Source of the DNA: Macrostomum lignano
Taxonomy: Eukaryota
Length of the DNA stretch: 64,000 bases
Assembly: GCA_002269645.1 (NCBI GenBank)
Contig: NIVC01000297.1
Coordinates: 62,001 to 126,000 of the forward strand
Direction: 5' to 3'
Each line of letters starts with the position of its first letter. Position 1 is the stretch's first letter. A program made the position numbers and the translations under genes. The notes under the pieces are model-generated. The model was not told the origin of the DNA, did no database searches, and saw only the letters and a list, made by a program, of their open reading frames with translations. Shown in pieces: positions 31,401 to 40,851 of the stretch.

Positions 31401-34400
31401 TGACCCCGGACAACCCCAGCCAGTGACCCCCAACAATCCCAGCCAGTGACCCCGGACAACCCCAGCCAGTGACCCCCAACAATCCCAGCCAGTGACCCCT
31501 AACAACCCCAGCCAATGACCCCCAACAACCCCAGCCAGTGACCCCCAACAATCCCAGCCAGTGCCCCCAACAACCCCAGCCAGTGACCCCCAACAATCCC
31601 AGCCAGTGACCCCCAACAATCCCAGCCAGTGACCCCTAACAACCCCAGCCAATGACCCCCAACAACCCCAGCCAGTGACCCCCAACAATCCCAGCCAGTG
31701 CCCCCAACAACCCCAGCCAGTGACCCCCAACAATCCCAGCCAGTGACCCCCAACAATCCCAGCCAGTGACCCCTAACAACCCCAGCCAATGACCCCCAAC
31801 AACCCCAGCCAGTGACCCCCAACAATCCCAGCCAGTGCCCCCAACAACCCCAGCCAGTGACCCCCAACAATCCCAGCCAGTGACCCCTAACAACCCCAGC
31901 CAGTGACCCCCAACCACCCCAGCCAATGACCCCCAACAACCCCAGCCAGTAACCCCCAACAATCCCAGCCAGTGACCCCTAACAACCTCAGCCAATGACC
32001 CCCAACAACCCCAGCCAGTGCCCCCAACAACCCCAGCCAGTGCCCCTAACAACCCCAGCAAGTGACCCCCAACAATCCCAGCCAGTGACCCCAACCACCC
32101 CAGCCAGTGACCCCCAACAACCCCAGCCAGTGACCCCAACCACCCCAGCCAGTGCCCCCAAAAATCCCAGCCAGTGCCCCTAACAACCCCAACCAGTGAC
32201 CCCCAACAATCCCAGCCAGTGACCCCTAACAACCCCAGCCAGTGACCCCCAACAACACCAGCCAGTGACCCCAACCACCCCAGCCAGTGACCCCCAACAA
32301 CCCCAGCTAGTGACCCCAACCACTCCAGCCAGTGCCCCCAACAATCCCAGCCAGTGCCCCTAACATCCCCAGCCAGTGACCCCCAACAACACCAGCCAGT
32401 GACCCCAACCACCCCAGCCAGTGACCCCCAACAACCCCAGCTAGTGACCCCAACCACTCCAGCCAGTGCCCCCAACAATCCCAGCCAGTGCCCCTAACAA
32501 CCCCAGCCAGTGACCCCCAACAACCCCAAGCTCCCCAGTCGAACCTGCTGTATTTCGGCGGCAGCAGCGCCAGGCCGGTCCGGGCAGCCCGCAGCACGCG
32601 CTTCTGGTCTGGTGGCCAGGCGATGAACCTGGCGGCCTCCAGGCAGCAGCGGACGGCGGCCAGCTTTTTGGCGTCGGACTCGATGTTGAGGAAGAGCTCG
32701 TAGGCGGCGGTCTCGGTGCGCGCCTGGCCGCTGATGGTGTCGTGGGCGAGCAGCAGCAGGGTGGCGGGGGACACGCAGGCGATGTTGAACAGCTGCTCCA
32801 CCGGGCGGGGCAGCGGCCGCAGCAGGTCGTGCCTCTCGGCAGTCAGCAGCCGGAGCCCGTCGAACTCCGGGACCAACAGCGGTGCACCGCTGTCGCCTTC
32901 GCCTTCGTGGAATTCGTCCAGCCGATTGGCGAATCGATCGGAGCGGACGGCCGGCAGCAGGCAGCGCTGATCGGCCCACACCAGCATGACGGCGGCGTTG
33001 GCGCACCAGGCCATGCGCAGCAGGCCGCCATCGACGCCGACGAAGGTGGAATCTGGGCCACCGGCCAGGCTGTGGCGGCTCAGAGGCGCCGGCAAGCCGC
33101 TGGCGGAGAGGCCGCTGGCCAGCGAGTACACGGTGAGGTGCCGCTGCGGCTCGCTCCACAAGGCCAGCAGGGACTGGTCCAGGCTCAGGCAGAGGTCCGT
33201 CAGCGCCTCGGCAGGCGGCGGCTCCAGCAGGCTGGCCGGAGGCCGGTTCTGCTCCAGCAGCAGCAGGCCGCCCCGGCTGAGCACGAAAATCCGGATCTGG
33301 TCGGGGCCGAGCTGGTCGCTGGGCCTGGGCGCCAGCACGCACCAGGCCGCGGGCACGGAGTCCAGCTGGTCTGCCGGGAACAGGTGAGCGGACAGGTAAG
33401 GCTTAAATTTTTCCTCTTAGAAATCATAGCCAGCATTGCTACCTACTTAAAGTAGCGCCAGTCAATAGAGTCGGACTTTTCTGCAGGATGGCGCTTGATT
33501 TTTGTTTCTAATTCAGATTACCAGTGGCGTTACAAATTTCAAACTCAAATATTTAATGTAACTTCTACATTGAGCTCCGAATTTTCTTAACACTCGTAAT
33601 GACTTTGAGAGGCCAAGTTGTAACGAAGTAGATTGTAAAAATATCTGAATTATTAACATACCTCTGAACTTCTCCACAAGTGCCCAAAAGCAAGATTCAA
33701 ACTCGCGACAGGCCAGGATCGGTTACTGAGTTCTTACTTCTTCACATTCCTTTCTCGATACTTTTCAGTAGGCGATTTCTTACAATATCTAATTGTACAC
33801 TGATGAGGGATATTTTCTAGGAAAATGTACTAAATACCTTAACATTTCCCTGTTGGAACTCAAAGTTGTAAATTAATAATAAAATTTAGAGTTGGGTAAG
33901 AGATTCTGTTCCAAATCACACGAAAGTTTAAGATAAAGTAAGATAATGAGACATTTCATAGGTATGATATTTATTCAGCAAACTTAATTACAAGCAGTTT
34001 CCTGATAATAATTAATATATAAATAAATCAGATTTCGTAGAAAATACCAACTGAAGCAAATTAAAGCAGCAATGCTCTGGCCATGAGCTCCAAGATTTAT
34101 ATAAAAATTGAACCAATTAACCAGATTTATTTGCAGCTGTCAAGCACGCGACTTAAACTCTAGCTCACACGCGGAGGGCTGCTAACAGAATTACAGGGTA
34201 AAGTCATTAAGCAAAGCAAAGCTACTGGTAAGCAACCAGCTACTTGTATGCGCTCAAGCTGCCCAGCACCTAGCCGGAGCTCTTCACCACGGTGTCGATG
34301 TAGGCGGAGATGAGGAACCGCATGCCCTCCAGGATGCTGTTGCTGAAGTAAGGCCTGGCAGCGGCCGAGGCCGTGCGGATGTCCGTGTAGTCCATCAGGC

Positions 34401-37400
34401 CGTTGGTGGCGAAGCTGTACAGCGTGGAGTCCTGCCTAGAGTAGAAGATGGCGATGCGGTTGGGGCAGTTGCCGCCAGCTGGAGGCCTGACGAAGGGCAT
34501 CCGCTCGAACAGGTTATAGGTGATGTAGGCGGCCACCATCATCTTCTGCCGGCTGTTGTCCATGCTAAACAAGCCCTTCATCTTGTTCTCGATAACCACG
34601 GCGAAGCAGACATTGTTGATGCGGCTGCTCCGAGGGCTCTCCCGCTTGCGAATTGTGTCCTCAAGGATGTTCTTGATCTCCGCCTCAGACTGGGACAGCT
34701 CGACGTCCTTGTTAATGCAGACCTGCTGATTGCCGCAGCGCTGCCGAATTTCCACAATCTGCGCGTTGACGCCTTCGTATATGGAGGAGTCCGGGGCGGC
34801 GGAGACGGCCGCGGCCAGAACCAGGAGACAGAGACTGGGCAATATGCAGACAGACATGCTGAGGTTATCGGATGGCGCTGGCTTGGAGAAATTGTCGATT
34901 GTTTCTAACGGAACCGGGCGGGCGCTAGCCTCTTTAACAGGAAATTCAGAGAGTTCAAAGCCGCTCAATCCTCTCTATTTGGTGGCCAACCGACCGAGGG
35001 GTATCGGACAGCGCTGTGGAGGCACCGACGTACAGACGGACGCAAGAAAATCGATCCGGCGGATCCCAAACGGCGCTGGTTTTCTTTCCAGTCCACTCTC
35101 TACCTTAGATGAAGTTCAACTTAGAACAAACCAATTTAGCACAGGAAGCAGAAGAGGAAGTGGGGTGATTCATGCCTGCCTGCGCAGTAATAAACTTGCG
35201 CAGCATTTTCTGTACCGAAACAGCAGCATCAGATGATGCAGGCCGAGGCTGACAGCCAGCTACTTGCTTTTCTTGATGTAAACTGCACATAAGTTTACTA
35301 CTGGACTTGGCTATGTATAGTAAGGCAAACAAACAGCGAAAGCGTCTAGGTGGCTTACAAACTACTACAAAACTTTTATACGCAGTGTCCAAATCAGAAT
35401 ACCGGATCAGACTTAAACTCTTTCAGTTATCCTCTCTGAGTTCTGACGCTTCAGACGCCTTTGATGCGGTTAATATTCGCATTAGGACTGGAGGCACGCC
35501 TTTGAAGCTGTCAACCTGACCCTGGGCATATGTTGTAACTTGTGTTAAGCTCTAAAACCAAAACAGCAGAATTTTCATATGGACAAAATCTCTTTAAAAT
35601 GATGTTCTCAGCTGCAAGTTGATCAGAAAATAGGCAGGGATTGCTTTCAAAAAGAGACAGAATCTGTCTCTGGTGTAATCCGATCCGGAAGATGCTGTCT
35701 ATTTTCATTTGCAAAACTTATTTCTGCCTGTTTTCAAGGCCTATATCCGCTGTGCCGAGTGCTCAAATCGGTCTTCGACTTCTTCGCGTCCAGAGGTTGA
35801 ACCTGGCCTCGTCCAAGTAATCGGTCACCGAGTCCATAGGCAAATTCACGAACTCCAGAGCGAAGTCGCGACGCCTGACATTGTTTTCTTTGTTGAATTT
35901 TAACGTCCGGCAGATCGGATCCCTTGGTGACGCTTTTCATAGTGAGCAGCATGCCCTGTAGCGTTTCTATGGTGGTCAGGCCAATGCGTGGCTTGTGTGA
36001 CAATCGTTCTCCGAGTTGCTCCTGTATCATTTGCAGCGTTGCCAATGGATTTTCGTCAGTGATTTTCTACAGTGCAAGGCGTATATCTTCGTCAATTTTA
36101 CAGCTGGCCACTCGACGGCCACCCCTGCAAAGACCCACGTCTGCCATGCAACTTGCAGTGACACAGAATGAACGCAGCAGTTCTCCCCTTCGCATTGAAA
36201 ATCCTACAGACGGTGTGCATGTGCATGTTCTCTCCAGTTTCATTAACTTGAATTAGACGTTCGCGTGTTTCCATTGAAATCATTATGTACGGACCTCTGG
36301 GTCCAGGAGCAGCCATGGAGTAGGGAAGTTGGTCTAAGACTCAGTTCGTCTAAGGCAAATTTAAAGCATAAGCCTCAAATTGCTGGGCTCTTTCCTTAAA
36401 TTGGACTAAAAAAGATGTCTATGGCCAAAAGTAAGCAATTTTTTCAACTGTTGGAATGGAATGACAGAGCGAATTTGGTATAGAAAATGATTAAATTGGT
36501 CTGAAAAAGCGATAGCAACCGCGCGATAATGAATCGAACCGATCAACAAGACTCTTAAAAATGTCTACCAAGATGCAGAGAAAACGGCAGCACAGGTCAA
36601 CGCGAGACCAAGGCCAGTACGAATTCGAACACCACCCTGACCAGCGGAAGCATCGGCATCGCCAGTTTGAGCATCAGCCGCGGCCTGAGCAGCAAAGGCC
36701 AAGGTCGTACAAATCCGGCAGCCAGAACCCGACACACCAGCAGCCGAGTCACACACGCCAGAGCAACCAACAGAACAGCGGCTGCTCAACAGGAAATTCC
36801 AAATCGAAGCCGGCGAATCTGCAGTGCAACATGGCCACCACCGTGAGCTACCCGACCGGGGCCAGAAGCTGTGAGATGATTGGCTGGCATGTGGCCAACA
36901 TGGACGCCAAGTTGAACGCACTGTTCGACACAATGAGCGAGATCTACAAGGACACGGCCATGCTGGCCGGGGAGAGCGAGGCCGAGGCCGCCGCCGGCAT
37001 GCAGGAGCTGGTGGAGCCAAGCATCTTTACCATGTTGCAGCGGGAGAGCGCCACCTGGGACCCGTCGGTCATGAACAAGAAGGTCAGCCAGCTGGTGCTC
37101 ATCGGCAGCTGGATCTACCACCGGACGCAGAGCGTAGTTAACAAATGAAACGTTTCGATGAACGGTTGGCATCAAATGACCGACAGCGGACGCTTTAAGT
37201 AAACCTACCCGTAGCTTAGACTGGCGCACCGCTTTCCACGCGGACAAGTTACTCGGAAATGATTCCAAGATAAGTGTATGTGTGTAGCGTTTCGGCTTCA
37301 TCAAGCTTAGGTCTTCGTACAAGTGCAACAGATAATACTAAATACACACTTTCATTTCGCTTTTAGACGCTTAAGTTCACTAACCTTCAAGAAAACGTAT

Positions 37401-40400
37401 TAGTAACTTGTAATTAAATAGTTGATTCACTATTTCATTCTGAAATTAGATAAGCACAGAATTCAAGTTAAAACTGGACAAGTCAGACGGGAACAGTTTC
37501 AGCGCCAGAGGGAGCTCGCTGACAGAATGGTCTCGGTCCCGTAGCAGCGGGGCAGAAATCGATATGTGCATTCATATCCCCTGCTGCCGCCATTGATCAG
37601 CTGAGAAATATTTCCTGAATGCGGGTGCGCGCAGTTGGGAGCGCAGGGGGGGGCACTCGAATGCCAAGTGAGAATAGATATGGCAGACGCGCGCTAGGAC
37701 AGACAGACAGGCAGGCAGCTCTCATTCTCCGAACCCGCGCTCGCCGCAACAAATTAGCAAAAAAAAAAGTGCCCAAGCAGCTCAAAATAAAGCAATTCCG
37801 CCATTTTGCAGCGGCGCGAAGGCCCGACACCGGCTAAAAAATGACGCAGAACAGCAGCTCGCTGAACCAGCTGACTGACGGTGAGGACAGCGGCGGCCTG
37901 GCGAAGGACTACGGCAGCAACAGCAGGAGCTACTGCGGCACTGCTCCGGGCAAGATTATCACGGTGCACTCGGTGCTGATGCTGGCCGCAGTGGGCCTGG
38001 CCGGTGGCATGCTGTACCTGTCCCGGGACACCTCCCAGCTGGTGTTCAGCCTGGTCATGTGCGGCATAGCAATCGTGATGCTGCTGCTCTGGCTGTCTAT
38101 GTGCTGTCGCAGCTATCGGATTTACCGGGCCGGCTGCAAGTCCGCCACCGGGGCAGCCGCGGCGCCAGGCGCTACCGGAAAAGGCGACTGCACGGGCGCG
38201 GTGCGCGAGGTCTGACAGCCGGGCGCTGCTCTGCGGTAACCTTCTAGTGACCTTAGATTGCCAAGCCATTGCTTTTGCCAAGCCTTGTATAGCTTTGTTT
38301 TTTCAGCACCACCAGCGCTACTTAGGGCAGTAGTATTTACTGTATAACTGGTATATGTTTGATGATAAAGTAGAAAATTAATGGTACTTTCTGCACCAAA
38401 TTTTGTTGATAAAAATTGCGGTAGAATCGCAAACAACAATTTATGCGATTAAAATCTTAAACGATCTTCTTTCTTAAGAACGAGTAAAACTGATTAACTA
38501 GCTGTAAAAAACCCAGTCCGAAATAAGAAAAACGATATGAATTCCTCCTTTATTCAAACTGGGTAGATTTTTGGCTGACCGGTTTGAGTTCAAGAGAAAA
38601 ACTCATTTAAATCAAGCTTTTACTTTTATAGGATGAGTACAGCAAAAAAGGTATTGTTGCAAAAAACATAAAGCTTTTTCAAAAATGATTCGAACTTTGG
38701 GATTCGAACTCTGTACCTTAAGATTTGAACTCTGTACCTTAGGATTCGAACTCTGTAACTGAGGATTCGAACTCTGTAACTGAGGATTCGAACTCTGTAA
38801 CTGAGGATTCGAACTCTGTAACTGAGGATTCGAACTCTGTACCTTGAGGATTCTAACTCTGTATTTTAGGATTCGAACTCAGTACATTCATGAAATATCA
38901 AAACTCACTTTCCTGTCCAACCAGCGGCTTAGGGCTGAAATTCTCCAGTCCGTTGAGAAACAAGAACCGGCCGGTGCTAGTTGCTATGGCAACCCCGGTG
39001 CCAAACTGAGACTCGTAAAATTTTGCCGAGGCCACCTGTTCGCTGCTGGTTTTTTTGGAATCAATATAGAATTTCCTGAGCTGGGGTGAGCCGCCCATGA
39101 GCTGGTAGATAAGCACGGAGCCGTCAGTCTGGACGCAGACGAGACTCTCGGTGCTGCTCCACGACATCGTGAGCAGGTTGCCGCTGGTCCACTGTGGTTT
39201 GGGGGGTTCGTTGCCACTTCAGCTCATTTTCTGGGGGTTCATTGATTGATTTTCTGGGGAGCCGGGCTTGCGGCGCCTACTGATTAATCTGGGAGCCGGG
39301 CTTGTGGCGCCTACTGATTAATCTGGGAGCCGGGCTTGTGGCGCCCACTGATGAATCTGGGAGCCGGGCTTGTGGCGCCTACTGATTAATCTGGGAGCTG
39401 GGCTTGTGGCGCCTACTGATGAATCTGGGAGCCGGGCTTGTGGCGCCTACTGATGAATCTGGGAGCTGGGCTTGTGGCGCCTACTGATGAATCTGGGAGC
39501 CGGGCTTGTGGCGCCTACTGATTAATCTGGGAGCTGGGCTTGTGGCGCCTACTGATGAATCTGGGAGCCGGGCTTGTGGCGCCTACTGATGAATCTGGGA
39601 GCCGGGCTTGTGGCGCCTACTGATGAATCTGGGAGCCGGGCTTGTGGCGCCTACTGATGAATCTGGGAGCCGGGCTTGTGGCGCCTACTGATGAATCTGG
39701 GAGCTGGGCTTGCGGCGCCTACTGATGAATCTGGGAGCCGGGCTTGTGGCGCCTACTGATGAATCTGGGAGCCGGGCTTGTGGCGCCTACTGATGAATCT
39801 GGGAGCCGGGCTTGTGGCGCCTACTGATGAATCTGGGAGCCGGGCTTGTGGCGCCTACTGATTAATCTGGGAGCTGGGCTTGCGGCGCCTACTGATGAAT
39901 CTGGGAGCCGGGCTTGTGGCGCCTACTGATGAATCTGGGAGCCGGGCTTGTGGCGCCTACTGATTAATCTGGGAGCCGGGCTTGTGGCGCCTACTGATGA
40001 ATCTGGGAGCCGGGCTTGTGGCGCCTACTGATGAATCTGGGAGCTGGGCTTGCGGCGCCTACTGATGAATCTGGGAGCCGGGCTTGTGGCGCCTACTGAT
40101 GAATCTGGGAGCCGGGCTTGTGGCGCCTACTGATGAATCTGGGAGCCGGGCTTGTGGCGCCTACTGATGAATCTGGGAGCCGGGCTTGTGGCGCCTACTG
40201 ATGAATCTGGGAGCCGGGCTTGTGGCGCCTACTGATGAATCTGGGAGCCGGGCTTGTGGCGCCTACTGATGAATCTGGGAGCCGGGCTTGTGGCGCCTAC
40301 TGATGAATCTGGGAGCCGGGCTTGTGGCGCCTACTGATGAATCTGGGAGCCGGGCTTGTGGCGCCTACTGATTAATCTGGGAGCCGGGCTTGTGGCGCCT

Positions 40401-40851
40401 ACTGATTAATCTGGGAGCCGGGCTTGTGGCGCCTACTGAGATGAATCTGGGAGCCGGGCTTGTGGCGCCTACTGATGAATCTGGGAGCTGGGCTCTTCTG
40501 AATTGAAGCTTGGCACTTATTGCAAAACCGCATTGCAAACCTTGAACTCGGTGATAAGCTGACCCACTGCATTGAAAATCTCCATCCTCGACTCCTCATT
40601 GAGGTCGTTGCGGCGGAACACGGCCAGTGGGCCGCCATACTGGGCCAGGGCTGTGAGGTGGCTGTTCAGGTTGGGCAGGTGCCGCACGAACTTCATTGTG
40701 TAGACATTGTCATGCCTGGGGTGTGGGTTACAGATTTGCAATAACTTTTAACAATGTGATGAAATTGAATAACAAGTTTGCTCCATAACTCATACCTGAT
40801 GTAGTAGTCGCCAACCGCATTCACGTCACTCCAGTAGTCCTGACTCTCCAT
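28468..40851 (-). CDS. VPS16: Vacuolar protein sorting 16 (HOPS/CORVET); exons 40851-40796, 40715-40541, 39191-38909, 33370-32545, 31305-30768, 29895-29443, 28836-28468; 2700 nt, 899 aa
   Basis: AQYGGPLA, SWSSTESLVCVQTDGSVLIY, FGTGVAI, LRLLNNLR..IGLPLT..Q, VLIDRL..RRLH..A...CELL, KALEKAVKSGDTDLI, EKRWW, KSPIGYAPFVNAC. All six introns are GT..AG with matching phases and the exon sum is a multiple of 3. Confidence 0.94.
28935..29395. repeat. 21-22-bp minisatellite (aactcggacactg...) in VPS16 intron 6
   Basis: Alternating ...gatcgaatac / ...gctcaggggt variants. Confidence 0.88.
29920..30750. repeat. 18-bp minisatellite (tgtacacagtactcacac) in VPS16 intron 5
   Basis: 6-aa periodicity TLYTVL / STVYSV. 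Confidence 0.92.
31350..32530. repeat. About 23-bp minisatellite (ccccagccagtgacccccaacaa) in VPS16 intron 4
   Basis: Direct tandem units, G-rich on the transcribed strand. Confidence 0.92.
34270..34857 (-). CDS. Secreted TPM-domain (MOLO-1-like) protein, 195 aa, nested in VPS16 intron 3 on the same strand
   Basis: Signal peptide MSVCILPSLCLLVLAAAVSA; CFAVVI...AYITYNLFERM...CPNRIAIFYSRQDSTLY...PYF...EGMRFLI follows the TPM pattern; high GC3; cag immediately before cATG; no TM anchor. Confidence 0.6.
   Translation of the reverse strand: MSVCILPSLCLLVLAAAVSAAPDSSIYEGVNAQIVEIRQRCGNQQVCINKDVELSQSEAEIKNILEDTIRKRESPRSSRINNVCFAVVIENKMKGLFSMDNSRQKMMVAAYITYNLFERMPFVRPPAGGNCPNRIAIFYSRQDSTLYSFATNGLMDYTDIRTASAAARPYFSNSILEGMRFLISAYIDTVVKSSG
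35740..36316 (-). mobile_element. Decayed IS630/Tc1-superfamily transposase fragment
   Basis: Across frames: ISMETRERLIQ (HTH), RGGRRVASCKIDEDIRLAL*KITDENPLATLQMIQEQL..IGLTTIETLQGMLLTMK, then RRRDFALEF..DYLDEARFNLWTRRSR (first catalytic Asp motif); stop codon and frameshifts. Confidence 0.65.
36561..37148 (+). CDS. Uncharacterised 195-aa protein (disordered Q/H/R-rich N-half, helical C-half), nested antisense in VPS16 intron 3
   Basis: ATG-initiated single ORF with GC3-rich C-terminal half in AT-richer surroundings. Confidence 0.65.
   Translation: MSTKMQRKRQHRSTRDQGQYEFEHHPDQRKHRHRQFEHQPRPEQQRPRSYKSGSQNPTHQQPSHTRQSNQQNSGCSTGNSKSKPANLQCNMATTVSYPTGARSCEMIGWHVANMDAKLNALFDTMSEIYKDTAMLAGESEAEAAAGMQELVEPSIFTMLQRESATWDPSVMNKKVSQLVLIGSWIYHRTQSVVNK
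37841..38215 (+). CDS. 124-aa two-TM membrane protein, nested antisense in VPS16 intron 3
   Basis: aaaaATG context; hydrophobic VLMLAAVGLAGGMLYL and LVFSLVMCGIAIVMLLLWLSM followed by CC; high GC3. Confidence 0.72.
   Translation: MTQNSSSLNQLTDGEDSGGLAKDYGSNSRSYCGTAPGKIITVHSVLMLAAVGLAGGMLYLSRDTSQLVFSLVMCGIAIVMLLLWLSMCCRSYRIYRAGCKSATGAAAAPGATGKGDCTGAVREV
38685..38880. repeat. 21-bp minisatellite (ggattcgaactctgtaactga) next to the VPS16 exon 3 donor
   Basis: About 9-10 units, 7 with a perfect ggattcgaactc. Confidence 0.88.
39258..40485. repeat. 34-bp minisatellite (ctgggagccgggcttgtggcgcctactgatgaat) filling VPS16 intron 2
   Basis: gccggg at 39601 and 39635; highly homogeneous. Confidence 0.95.

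Noticed and set aside
29542-32478. Long repetitive ORFs (TLYTVL, STVYSV, GWLGLLGVT) resembling structural proteins
   Set aside because: They lie in VPS16 introns 4 and 5 between canonical splice sites; intron 5 (872 nt) is not a multiple of 3, so there is no in-frame read-through.
38980-38993. Perfect X-box GTTGCTATGGCAAC
   Set aside because: Falls in VPS16 exon 3 and is explained by the codons for VAIAT, a conserved segment.
21640-40485. Regular repeat arrays as possible CRISPR loci
   Set aside because: Units are contiguous with no unique spacers, there are no cas genes, and the context is eukaryotic.
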